DNA from: Lama glama
Lineage: Eukaryota
DNA length: 64,000 nucleotides
Assembly: GCA_028534125.1 (NCBI GenBank)
Contig: CM052817.1
Location: 67,458,001 to 67,522,000 of the forward strand
Reading direction: 5' to 3'
Made by a program: the position numbers and the translations under genes. Under the pieces are notes generated by a model that saw nothing but the letters and a program-made list of their open reading frames with translations, was not told the origin of the DNA and made no database searches. Below are positions 25,331 to 38,060 of the stretch, piece after piece (within the stretch, counting starts at the first letter, position 1; each line of letters begins with the position of its first letter).

Positions 25331-28300
25331 ACCTACTTGCATTTTGAGTGATTGATGCATACATTTCTTTCAAACTTAATGTTTTACATTCAAAGGATTA
25401 TGTATCCATTTGTAGAGTTAAAAGTGCATATGCTTTTATTGACCCATCATCAATAAAAAGGAGAATTGATAGCACATACATGATTTATCAGCCCAACCGA
25501 ATTCCACTGTGAACAGGAAGTGGGCTGTTTTTAAGCCTTACTTTTGCATCTTGCCTGGTAACCACACTCCTAATCAGCTGAGATATCGTGGGAGGCGAGG
25601 TGAGGACTATTTATATTGCACTTTAGGAAATGCAGCAATTAGCTCTTAGTTCCAGTCTGTCAAAGTGGTATCTTTCAATTCTGTCCTCCACAAAAATGAT
25701 ATGGCTGGGAGGGCCAAGGAGCAGACTTGGGGACAAGTATTTCTGTCATTATCTTGTTCTGTGACTCTGTCTGTGATGTGTCTTCATCAAGAATAAAACA
25801 ACAATTTCATCCTGTGAGAGACTTTGAGTTATTTTAGGTCCTGGAACCACAGACTACAGCCTGTTTTATCCTATGCATTCAGGGATTATATGAAATCCAC
25901 CCAGAAAATTACCAACTTTATCCCATTCAAACACCATTCAGTTGGAGAAATTCTTACCTGTTTTTCGAATCTGAGCACCTGAATCCTAACTGTAATTTTC
26001 AGTGTGAGTTCACCCAATTTAAAACTCTCCTTATAAATACCTACTTTTTAGACCTTTTCTTTGGATTTTTTTTCTTAAATCCTCAAAATTACATGAGAAT
26101 GAATAATTTTACAACATGAAATACAAATAATAAAACGATATATAATTTATTAGGAGTGATAGGTTTTTAAAAATTAGTTGGCCAGATTTTCAAAAACTAT
26201 GAATAATATGCAGAGTGATTCCACAATGACTTCCAGGCCAGCCACGTTAGGGAACTGTATCTCTAAACCAGTCTTGCCTGAGTGTTTACATTTGGTGTCT
26301 ATATATTTGTGCCATGCCAATCGGTACTGAACAGTGCCTAATTTCAGCCTCTCCGGCAGGAAGTACTCAAACTTTAGATTTCACCAACATTATTTCTATA
26401 GTTCTATGCCTGGCCCATGTCATGCTGAAATTTAGGTGTATTTTATTTCAATATGCTTTGCAAAATATCAATCATAGCTGCTTATTTCCTGGAGATGACA
26501 TCTCTTGAGCATTTTTTAATCTGTTCTGTGGTGTCGAATATGTGTTCACATAAGCACCTGATCTTTTGGCAGAGAGACGGTACCAGATTGGCAATATAGC
26601 ACCTGAAAATAGCTCTTGGACTCCATGACGCTTCATATGTAACGTTTCCAAGATACTCTCTCACTACCATCTCTTCTCACTCCAAACCCTACCATGTCAT
26701 AGTTCAAAGTTTAAATGTCTAAACTTTTGTGCCTGCTAAGCAGAATTCACTCCACCTGTATAAACTCCATATTTACTAATTGAAGATAAGGCAGTTAGAT
26801 ATCATATCTCATGAGAAAATTATATAAACCAATAATTTGTAGTTTGCAAAGTTAGAAGAAACAAATTAGGTCAGTTATAAATCAAATATGTCACTTTGAA
26901 CAGTTTACTTCCGCAACTTTGAGAAAGATGATTGTGCATGAATTGTGTATTAACATGTTGATTTTTTTTGTCCCATTAGAAAAATCTGTGACTTTTACTG
27001 TCCTTACCACAATCTACATTTGGACTGTCAAAATATCCTTAATTGATCACACAACCTACTAAGGTCAACCTACTGAGTTTGTGGGCAGAGAAAGGAAGGT
27101 GTTTGTTTTATTTTGTTTTAAAATGGAAAGGAGGCTTTTTAACACTGCAAATCCCTTCACCCTAGTAAAGATAATTTGCATTGTCTACTTGTATTGCCCT
27201 CATCGATAGATCCAATTGTATTTCTGTTCAGCCCCTTTATTTTTCTAATTCATTTTCACCTTCCTGAACCTGTCCTTACTTACTTCATTCAGGTTTTTAG
27301 CACTTATCTCTGTGTTTAAAAAACTTTTAAGAATGTCTAAGTGACAATGGTAGAGTGTTAAAAATCAATTGTCAAAAAGATACACAATTAGTATTTGTCT
27401 CTCTAGTCGGACAATTTTAAGTGTGCATGATGCTAGCTGTTATCTACATAACCAAATCATAAGGTTCAACACTTTAAGGCTCTCTGCAAAATGCAAATGT
27501 ATTAATAATTTACTTACACGTCCTCTATTTTTCTCTCATTCTGTTTTTGGAGGATACATATTTCATACTGCTTGAAATTCCATATGTGTGGGCATAAATG
27601 AGAATAAAAGGAAGGAGTGGATATAAATTTAGGTAGCTGTTTAGTCCAGAGCAAAAAGCCACTCTCCTGTCTTTTCAGGAAGGAAGCAAGAACTATTCCA
27701 TGAAAACTGACCTATAGCCATCCTCCTCCAAACATGAAAGGTTCAGGGAATGATCAGAACATCTATATTTTACTTTCAAGTCATAAACGTTACCATTTTA
27801 TAGCTACGGTGGCAATCAGTACAACTGAGTATAACTTTGGGAAGGTGGATATAAAGCGTTTAAAAAAATCACTGTCTAGTCTATATTAAATTCTATGAGA
27901 ATGCTTATGAAGAAACAAGAAGTAGCTAAGGAACTTTCCTTCCTTTCTCAGGAACTGGCTCATGCGAAAAGATAAAATACACGACTTGAAGTGTTCTAAA
28001 ATCTTTACATTCTGGCCAAACAATAAATAAGTCACCTTCCTGGTAATACAATTTTCACTTTAGTGCTTCTTTTACTTTTAAGAGCCTCTTATTAATGACA
28101 GACATTCTTCATTTTTATTTTATCTTAATTTTCTGTGACTAGTCTTCTTTCTTATCTAACTCCAAGTCTATAGAACAAACAAACAAAACTCTTAGAGTAA
28201 ATCCCTGAAGTAACACCATCTTTACACTAGAGACCAACTCCTCTCTGACCAATTTTGGGATTACTGATGGCCAGACCTGTTTCTCTACCCAACCCCAGCT

Positions 28301-28544
28301 CTTGGTCTTCCCAGTCCTGCACACAGGCATGTAGGCACATGCACACCCCAGCCCGCTTGTTCATGCTCCGTTCACACCTGTGGCAACAGCCACTCCTCAG
28401 GCCAGTGGGTGTGGTGTATGCTGGACCGGGTCTTGAAGAAAGCGATCCCAAGGTCCCATGGGACCTGGAAGATGGCTTGGGCAACTTGAGCATAGATCTC
28501 CAGGCTCCTGTGTAGTAGAAGGTAATGAAGAACGCAGTGCTCAG

Positions 28545-28837
28545 CAGACATAGAAAACAAACTACGGTTATTAAAGGGAAAAGGGCAGTGGGGAGGGGGA
28601 TAAATTAGGGGTTGGGGATTAATAGACACACATTTCTATATATAAAATAAGCAAACAGCAATGACCTACTGTATAGCACAGGGAACTATATTCAATTTCT
28701 TGTAATAACATATAGTGGAAAAGAATCTGAAAAGAAAATATATATGTATGTATATGCATAACTGAATCGCTTTGCTGTACACCTGAAACTAATATTGTAA
28801 ATCAACTACACGTCAATAGAAAAGTAAAAAATAAAAA
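28545..28837 (+). mobile_element. 5'-truncated L1 3' UTR with perfect 17-bp TSD
   Basis: 'cagacatagaaaacaaac..gacctactgtatagcacagggaactatattcaat..gctgtacacctgaaact' followed by an A tail. TSD AAGAACGCAGTGCTCAG at 28528-28544 and 28838-28854. Confidence 0.92.
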
Positions 28838-29209
28838 AAGAACGCAGTGCTCAGGTGTAGATAAGCATGGACTCTGATTCCACAGGTGAGGTCACAGGAG
28901 AAGCAGGGTGAGGACCCCATAAGTGCAGGGCTCAGAGTGGGCTCCCAGTGTCGGAGGTCACAAGGTATTACTGGGGAGACATCTGCTGGATACATATTAG
29001 AGAATAATCAATATGCTAAATAGGATTATTCCTAGCTATGAAGGACAACACCAGGCAGCCCGTATTTAATTATAGATGTGGAATCAGAAAGGCAAATATG
29101 TGTTTCATAAGCAATCATAAGCTGAAGAAAAAAATTTAATAAGATAGTCAAAGAAAAAAGTGGTTTTTCATAACATTGAAAATGTCTTGAGAACTTTAAG
29201 CTGGTATTC

Positions 29210-29705
29210 ACTCATTCCGTGACTATTTTACAGGTTATCCATGATGTCTCAAATGCTGTACTGGGTGCTAAGGACAGATCAACAAAAGCATAGGACAAAG
29301 TTCCTGTCCTTGTGCAGTTTACATTCTAGTTGGAGAGACAAACATTAAAAAAGTATTTAAAAGTAATCAAGTGTATCATTGAAGTAATCAGAAATATCAG
29401 TAAGTTCAAAAAATAAAACAATCTGTAGAATATGCGCATTCCAGGCAGGGACAAGTAGGTGCAAAGGCTCTGTAGTGGGACATGGCTTTTCATGTAACAG
29501 GAAGAGATGATGTTGGATGCAAGCGTATTCAATATCTTGTAGATCATGGTAAGAATATGGATTTTATTCCAGGAGAAATAAGAGGTCATTAAAGGAGTTC
29601 ACGCAGGAACATTTCATGATGTGCTCTGCATTTTTGAAAGATCACTTTGGCTGTAAGGGGAGAGGGGCAAGGGTGGTGGCAGAGGGAGACAGGAGGTCAC
29701 AGCAC
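29210..29705 (-). mobile_element. L2 3' fragment
   Basis: 'gtgcagtttacattctagttggagagaca', 'cattccaggcagg..gtgcaaaggctctg', 'ttttgaaagatcactttggctg'. Confidence 0.75.
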
Positions 29706-29799
29706 AATTACTGAGGAATGAGAGTTAAAAATGTCATGGAAACTCGAGCACCACCATTTACTCAAGAGTCTTACTGACTAAGACAACATAGCATGTTTT

Positions 29800-31340
29800 T
29801 GGATGTTACCTTTGGAATGCCAGATCTTAAAAATCCCCGCGAGCATTTCAGAATTGCGTTCATGCACTGTGTGTGCAGGTAAGAGGTGTTTGTGGGAGGA
29901 AAGGCCCAGAACAAGTCAGCCTTCCCTTGCAGCCTCAGCCAGTGTGGCCTGTCAGCCGGAGAAGCGACAGGATTAAGCGGGTAGGATTAAGTGAGCTGAG
30001 TGGATTTAAACCAAGCCTCTATATAAAGAGCTCCTAGAATCCCACTTTCAACCCCACCTAAAACAGCTGCTTTGGGACACAGACTTCAGCCAAACAGACA
30101 AAGCTAGGATAAAAAGACCAGAACACTAGGGCAAATGTGCAAGATGTTTCAGGTCTAGATGATCTGGAGGGCCCTTAATTTTTACTTTCCAAGCCCTGCT
30201 CCTCCCACCATCTTTTTATGAACCTCCCTGCCATTTTTTTCTGAACCTGTGTTGTTGCCTGTTCTAGCCTGGTCCAGCCTGGGTCACTGCTTCAATTTCA
30301 CTGGACTCTAGCTGTTTGCAAAGCACTGTGGCTTTTCCATGAAAGCCCCACCTGAGCCTTCTCTTTTCCCTTTCCTTTAATTGGAATGCAGACATTTCTG
30401 TGAAATTGTTTGTTAATTCAATTAGAGGTAGTGAAGGGAGCACAGGGAACAAACTACAAGCTGCCTCATTCCAGCAAGGTCTCCTGATAGCTTGTCAACT
30501 ACGGAAACTGTCAGCTTCAGCCGAGTGTGCTACTGCGTGTACGGAAGAGGAATGCTACAGCAGCTATCTGAGAGTGACACAGCGAAAAAACGCACTCTTT
30601 CCAGTCACTGGGAGAAATAATTATTAAAGTGTACCCCATCGCCACGTAGACAGTGTTATGTACCGTGGGGGATACAGCAGGAAATGATCCGGTGTCTGCT
30701 CGCATCCTCCACGCCCTCAGAGCACAGCCTCATTAATTCCAGAAGGCCCCATTACAAGGGTGGCAACGCTCTGCAACCTTGTTTTCTTACCCATTAACCA
30801 CAGCGCCCTGACCACAAGATGGCCTTTTTCATGTCAGGTTACATGACGCCACTCTGACTCCCAAACAAAGCTCACGTGGTATAATAAGAAACCAAACGAG
30901 ACTTAGCTGCCTCTAGCCTATGTGGCAATCCTTCTTATCACAAGGGAATTATGATCTAGTTGGGGACAAAAAAATATGTATATACATGAAATAATCACTG
31001 AACACTTCCAGGCAACATACAAATAAGATCTACCTGTCCATTGACTGAAGCTCTGAGGACATCTCAAGTGAACGCTTATTCTCATGAGGTTTATCACATG
31101 CTGCTTCTTATCAAGTTGCAATATTTCAGACTGTTTCATTCCTTAGGCCAAATCCACCCCCTCCTTTTTTTTTTTTTCGTTTTTGACAAAAGTCTAGAAA
31201 GATGCTGCTAGTAAGGCTCTCGGTACAGCTGCAGACCGGAACTCCATTATTCACTGCGCTGCTCTTCCAAAAACCACCTTGACTCACCGTGGATAAGTGG
31301 ACGTGGAGGCAGCCAGCTTAGGAAGCGAAACTTTGAAATC
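29800..31340. promoter_or_regulatory. Candidate regulatory cluster (non-repeat, CpG-retaining)
   Basis: Paired AGGATTAAG plus TATATAAA (29969-30027), four GGAATG/CATTCC sites, RUNX, YY1-like and CACGTG motifs, AP-1 and an ETS-IRF composite motif. Confidence 0.4.
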
Positions 31341-32274
31341 AGATACGATCATTGCCAATAAATCTATTTTGGCAAGTTAACTCCTCACGTAACCCTCTCA
31401 CAAAGACAGATGATACAGATATAGATGTAAATAGAGGCATAGATACAGATGCATAGATGCAGTTTAGATACAGACATAGCACCCACCACACACGCAAAGC
31501 TCTGAAGCACCAACAGGGAATAGAAGAGGCACACTTCCTGCCCATTCTGTGAGGGGAAACAGTCATTTAAAAAATAAACATGCAATTAAGTATGTAATTA
31601 ATATTTTTATATGTGCCTTGAAGAAGAAATACAGGTGGCTTAAAAATGTATAGCGATGTTTTGATCTAGTCTTGGGGGCCTGGATTAGCTGTTAGGATTG
31701 AGTTTCAGCACTGATCAATTATCTTCTCATTACTTGGAAGTGTTCTGCCTCCCTGCTAGCCCACGGCTCCTCTAGCCTGCACACTGGCTGCAGACGAGCT
31801 CTGCCAGTCTCCTGCAGGCCTTGCACACACCATCTTCTGAACACCTGTGTGACAGAGGGAATATAATCAGGACCCTGGGCCTGATACCTCACGTGATTAG
31901 TTTACCTGACTCTGCAGGACCAGCCCAGACCTCCCAAGTCGTCCATCGTGATAAGGGCAAACTTGTCCTACATGGCTCTGTACACTCCCCAAAATCTGAC
32001 CCATCTTTCTCACCTCTACACCACCCTAAGTCCCTGCCTTGTGGCTTCCTGAACTCAGAGTCTGTTATCAGCTAATCCCTGTATCTTCAGCCTCTGCTCA
32101 GCATCCTCACTACCGTAAAGCTCTCACTGAAACTTGACCCTCCCCAAGGTCACAGCTTCCCCCGAGGCTTTCTCAAGTGGCAGCTATTTTCTCTCCAACA
32201 CCTCATGTCTTGCTGAGCCTTGCTCTTTATTGCTGATTCCTGTATGGCATGGTCCCCAATATATACGTGCTTAC

Positions 32275-32276
<2 letters not shown>

Positions 32277-32310
<34 letters not shown>
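32277..32310. repeat. (CA)n microsatellite
   Basis: Direct reading. Confidence 0.95.
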
Positions 32311-32313
<3 letters not shown>

Positions 32314-32344
32314 GAAAATTCCACCTCTCAGTTTATTCCATAAG

Positions 32345-32570
32345 CTATTAGCGCTTATATATTGATTAATTGCCAGGCATTGATCTGATTTATTCCTTAC
32401 AACAAAGCTGTGAGTTATGTATATTGCTGTCCTTATTTTACAGATGCATTTGAGGGATCTGGGATGTTAAGTTAGTTGTCCACAGTTGAACAGCTAGGAA
32501 ACATTAGAGCCAGGATTTGAACCCTGGTAGCTGGGCTCTGGATTCCATTCTCTTAAGAACTATGTCCTAT
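32345..32570 (-). mobile_element. MIR SINE
   Basis: 'ccttattttacagatg..gttaagttagttgtccacag..cagctagg..agagccaggatttgaaccc'. Confidence 0.85.
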
Positions 32571-34399
32571 TACCTCCCACCGTTTGGTGCCATTATCTTC
32601 AGTCTTTCCAGCCACTGCCTCTCATTCAGTGAAAATTTTAACTCTTAGCTCATGTTTTTTTTCTTCCATTATTAGTCCCATCATCGGTCTTGGTGACGTC
32701 AATAGTTGTGGGAAAGATCCCTTTAGTACCGAGGCCTCACAGTTCCTTCATGCCATCCCCTCTACCACGCACCTCCTGGAGCACCCACTAGGTCTTGTCA
32801 TTACCAATAATTACTCCATCTTCCAAATCTGTTTCCAATATCCCACAACGTGATCACTAGCTCTCATCGTCCCACTTCAGACATCTAGTACCTCCACTCC
32901 TACAACTTTTGTCCCGCACCACACCCTTACTTTCTCCTTACTTGCTTGGATTCCATGTACTATAATTGCAATTCCTCCCTTGCATACACCCTCTATTTCC
33001 TTGCCCCTCTCTCCCTCAGTCTTTCTTGCCTGACACAATTCTAATCCCAGCTGAATCTAGTTCACCTACACATACAAGCCTGGGCAGCTGAACCTGAAGG
33101 AAAAAATGCAGTCAGGCTTACTTTAAATTTGTGAAGGCAAACCTCAGCACCGTCTAGTAAGTCCACATTTCACTAATCAGTTCTCTCAACCAGTTCAAGA
33201 TAATTTCATTCACTCTCCTCCCTCCACAATCCTGAAATATCACCTCCTTAATCCTGCATTGGTGATAACCTTGCCTCTTGTTTCCTGAGCGATAAGAACC
33301 CATAAAAAGAAACCATCTTTATCCTCCTACCTGCAAACCTCCAACCTGCCTGCATCCCCGCACATTACTCTGCCTCTGCTCCTTTCTAAAGGGTTGGCGA
33401 TCTAAGCCCACTTCCAGTCACATTTTTTTCTATTTCACAATATCACTAACTCTCAGTATCATTTAGAAACCCAACTATATATCCTACAAATTTAAGCAAA
33501 ATAAAACCAGCGAACCTATTTCCAATGTTTTATTTATTTATTTATTTTTTGATTTTCAGCTTAGTTCCTGTTTTCCTCTCAAGATCTATCCCAGGAGTTT
33601 TATTCTCCCCAAAGTAATTGCGGACCCATCAACACAACTGATTGCAGAAGTAAGTAATAGATGCAGCATCTTCACCTTCTTATTGGATTGCCATAATGAA
33701 TTCTGCATTTCTCAGCATATTGGGCTTTTAAATTATTAATCACGTACATAGTCCAAAACCACATCCATAACATACAACATATAATATAGAGAGAGCAGAC
33801 TGGTATCCAGAGTTTCTGGTGGCAAGGCAAACCAGAAGAGGAAAACATGAGCTGTTTGTACATGTTACCCAAGATTAAAAGATGAAAACAATATTTACAA
33901 AGTAAAGAGACTGTAAGAAGACTTTTGTGAGTTTATCTTCTGGGTAGTTTGCTATGATCAGTAACAAATCATTTCTTTCATTTTCCCATCACATTCTTAC
34001 AAAAGAAGGCATTCGTTTAGTTCTTCTAGAATGATGGTTCACGGCTGTTTAAATTAACACCAGCTTTACAGTTTAGTATTCAAATATAATAAATACTTGC
34101 TTAAAAACTAATCATTCTGTCTGTGTGAAAGTATCAGAGAGGGTAATGAGACACTTCGGTTACTTAGGTTGGAAAACTAGGTACCAATGTTGATTCTTTT
34201 TCCTTTTCACCTCTCATTGCCTCAGTAGACTGGCTCCACAGTAAGGCAGGCTCTGCTGTCCAGAGGAAACTTATATGAACCATAGTCTACTTGGGAAGGC
34301 ATGACATATATATAAAAGCTTAAATGATGTCTTGATATAAATTTACACTAAGTGGAAAATAAGTGTATTTCAAATGGAGAGCTCTGGCATTAATCACCC

Positions 34400-35110
34400 A
34401 TGTGCAATCAGTTATTAAGCTCCTTTCCTTTTATTCTTCAAAACATCTTCTACACAAGTTTAAATCTTATTTTAATCTTTTCATTACCCATGTCTTGATG
34501 CCATCAATCACATGGCAATGACTGTAACCATTTCCTAGCATGCCTCTTTTTCCTCCAACTTATGCTATGGTTCCCTGCTAAAATGGACCTCCTGAAGCAT
34601 TGTTTTTGTTATTTCCTGCTCAAAAACATCATAGGTCTCCCTACTTCAAACATCATGCAGTCTTAATTACTTTGCTTGATGTTTAAGACATATCAAATCT
34701 GATCACATCCTTATTTCCCATGAGGCCCCCACTCCTCTGTCTCATAAGGTCAGTATCCTCAGAGCCATGAGGAAATCTATGGCTTCTGAGCCTTCATAGC
34801 TCTTCTTCCTCACCTAAGCAGCATTCTTCACCACTTCTGCCTCTGAATTTTCAGCCTGTCCTTCAAGGGCCAGCTAAGACCTACTATCTCCATGTTAGCT
34901 TCCCAGACTGCATCCCTTTTTTTCCCTCTCCTCTTTGCTCCTGTGACACCCATGGCATGTACCACAGAGATGAGCACATGTTCACCAAACTTATTCAAAA
35001 GCTCATTCATCCATTTTGGGTCTTCCAATTATTAATTCCTAAGAGTCAGGAACTGTATTTTATATAGATACCACAGCACCCGCACGAGAATACATAGTAG
35101 GAACATATTA
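34400..35110 (+). mobile_element. L2 3' region
   Basis: 'tcctgctcaaaaac', 'tccttcaagggccagct', 'tcctaagagtcaggaactgt..acatagtagg'. Confidence 0.55.
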
Positions 35111-35949
35111 AATAGAGAGGCTGTTTATAAACCCTCTCTTTGCTGACTTTTATTTCCTAAAAATATACATTTAAATAAGTTAGTATAAAAATGTTTATCT
35201 ATTGTTTAACATAATTTCAGTATATTATTACATACGAATGTGTATGTAGCATAAAACAGATTTATAGTTGTTATTTAACAGATGTTTCTGGAATGCTCAA
35301 AAGAATAGAATAAGCACTTAAAGTGATTCTTTTTTCTCTGCTCTTTTTCTTTCCATATTGAGAATCTTAGCAGTATCCTTGATTCAGTACTAAGAGTAAA
35401 AGCCAAGGGAGGTATTTACTATGTGGCCCCTGGATAATAGAAAACGTACTGCACTGAAAACTTACGATTTACTCTGCATCTAAGACAAAGCCAGACAGGT
35501 AAGATTTTCTCTATCATAGTGCTTTAGCAGAGGCCTGGAGGTGTACGTGCTCAATAATTTCTTGTTAATTGATTGAATCTTTGATAATCCACTCAGTAGA
35601 AGATTCCATTTCTGAAATATGCTCATAATATCTTCAGGAATTAAATCTAGGTGGTATTTCCCAAGGCAATTCTTCATTCTAACTTCGAGAAGTGATGTGA
35701 TTAATGGGAAAGTGATATTCTGATTTCCTATTTCTAGATTTTACCATTATCTTAAGAGGTAGCAGGTCAAGAGTCCTGTTGCCACACTTCTAGTAATTTT
35801 CTTTGAGTGGTAAAAAGTTTTAGAGCTAGAAACAAGTTTAGAAACCATCTATTCTAACCCATGCACTCTTCAGATGAGGATGCAGACTCTGAGAAAACAT
35901 CGATCAGGTCATACAGGGAAGCCAAGGCAGGAATTAAGCTGTCTTAAAG

Positions 35950-38060
35950 CAGCAATTACCTTGTCTTCATATAGGTAATGAAGGATGGCAAAATCCCATC
36001 AAATCCTGGGGCTGAACAGAACTTACAGATGGTCCATTATTCTTTGCTTTATCACTTCCAATAATAGGCAAACAGCTCTTTCTACCTTGGAATGCCGCTA
36101 AAAATTAGAAATGTTTTTGAAAGAGTAATTCTCAGTGTCTTATACTGAGTCATAATTTGCCTTCCCGCAACTCTGCAGCAATAGTCCTAGCCTTGAATTT
36201 CCCAACAGTAACAACAATCCTCTCCCCTTTCCGTGTGGCAGGCGTTTCTAAACAACACATAGCACCCTTACATCTCCCTCTTCTCCAGTTCTTCTAAACT
36301 TCTTATGGTGTGGCCTCCCTCTGTCCCAACAATAATCTTCTTAGAATTTCGCCCTTGGATCTGTTAGAACGCTTTCCGTTAAAGGTGATTAAAAAAAAAA
36401 AAACTCAATTTGGCTTAAAGAATAACTGAAAACTCCAGCCTCAGGGCAATTTAGGCACACTTGGGTCGGAGCTCTGAGTCTATTTCCCGTTGGTTTGCTC
36501 TTCTCTGCCTTTATCTCTGTGTTAACTTTCCCCTCAGACTGATGACTTCCCTCATAGTTGTTGGATGCCTGCCAGAAGCAATTAGTGCTGTGCGATGCCT
36601 CATTCAGCAGGAGAGGCAGGTTGCTTCCCATTAACTGCTGGGAAAAAGACAACACTGAGATTTACATCAATTGTCCACCCCAGAACCCAATCCCTAAAAT
36701 CAGGCAAATGCCACACACTGATAAGCTTAGGCCTGGATTAATTAAACCAATTACAGTGCAAAGGAAGATGGAATTTTCCTGACTGGCTTCACTGAGCATT
36801 GCCTGCCCTTGAAGCTGGAGTGAGGTCAAGTCGACTCAAACCGTATTGCCGGTATCAACAGGGCAGGCGAAATGGACATGGAAGAAGTAGCCATATCTGC
36901 TGTCCGCCATGCTTCTATAACCATATATGGTACTCAAGACGGGTCTGACTGGAGTCCAGGTGCAGTGAAATATTAGAAATCAGTCTTATTGCTACTCCCC
37001 TCATTTTGGAAACTCTTCCTCCATTAACACAGTCTTAGCTTGAATTCACTTTTTTTTTTAAGCAGGTACAACTTTTGGCATTTGTGGTTAACAAAAAGAT
37101 CTAAAGTGTTTTTCATTTCACTTTGTATTGCTTTGAGATGAACTTTAAAAATCTCTCATATGACTGATTTTCAAAGCCAAAACTTAACATGCATTTCTGT
37201 TGCTAAATAACAAAGTCCTGATTTTTGTGCAAGACCTTTTTGAATTCTATCAGTTGATATATTAGCTCACTCCATTAAGACTGATGTCTCTTCGATCAGA
37301 TTAGAGTTCAAAGTGTAACAAGACAAGGCTAAGGACAAAGCTGTGAAACACAGCCTGAAAAACCTCTTTGCGAGCTAACACCAAATTACTAATTACACAT
37401 GGTGTTCAACCACCTACACATCTGCCTACTCCAGGCACATTTCCACACCAGGCCACAAGGACATCTGGATGATTTCATCAAAATCCTTACTTAGACACAA
37501 AAAGGGCAACTTCACAACCTCCTGAAATCTCCCAGGCAACTCAGCCTGTGGAAAACTAAATCAGGCTAATTTGGCAGGAATGTTTCTACTCCTTTCAGAC
37601 TGGATCCTACAGGTAGATTCATTCTTTTCTAAGTACTCACAATTCCTTATTAGAGTAATCCATTCTAGAACAGTTAAAGATCAACATTGCTGATATAATA
37701 GTTTCTAGAATCTACCATTTTACTCTGAGAGAATTGGTACAATATTCTCTCAGATCACATCTCCTGGCACCATTCCCTTCCTCCATGATTTCTGTAGATG
37801 GCTGCCAGTCATTCTGTGATTAACTCTGTAAGCCTTTCAACACCTTGGAATGTAATATGTCTATGGCTACAAACTAGAATTCATTTAACATGTCTGGGTG
37901 GCTTTTTATAATCTATTTTTTTCTGGGACTGCAATTCACTTGTAATTGTGTTTTTCGATTCATTCTAGTTTGATAATAACTTTTCCATAATGACAAGGAC
38001 AGATGCAAAATAGCAGTGGAATGATCCTGCCTCCTGTCTGTATCTGCGAGCATCTCACCA
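35950..38060 (-). mobile_element. CR1/L3 LINE ORF2 relic, interrupted by a MaLR LTR
   Basis: Antisense CR1-like blocks 'gggtctgactggagt', 'tcatcaaaatccttact', 'aaatcaggctaatttggcagga', 'tctcctggcaccattcccttcctccatgatttct', 'ttcaacaccttggaatgtaat'. Confidence 0.6.
36390..36905 (-). mobile_element. Old MLT1 (J/K/L-like) LTR
   Basis: 'aactcaatttggcttaa..taactgaaaactcca', 'aaccaattacagtgcaaaggaagatggaat..gaagctggagtgaggtcaa'. Confidence 0.65.

Larger units (their letters stand above)
32000..33400 (+). mobile_element. L2 ORF2 relic interrupted by (CA)n and a MIR
   Basis: 'ctcactgaaacttga', 'tcttggtgacgtcaata', 'ggtcttgtcattaccaataa', 'cacaccctctatttccttgcccctctctcc', 'tgataaccttgcctcttgtttcctgag'. 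Confidence 0.7.

Noticed and set aside
35114..35139. Bulged palindrome AGAGAGG-CT-GTTTATAAAC-CCTCTCT
   Set aside because: Too short for a pre-miRNA, with no supporting context.
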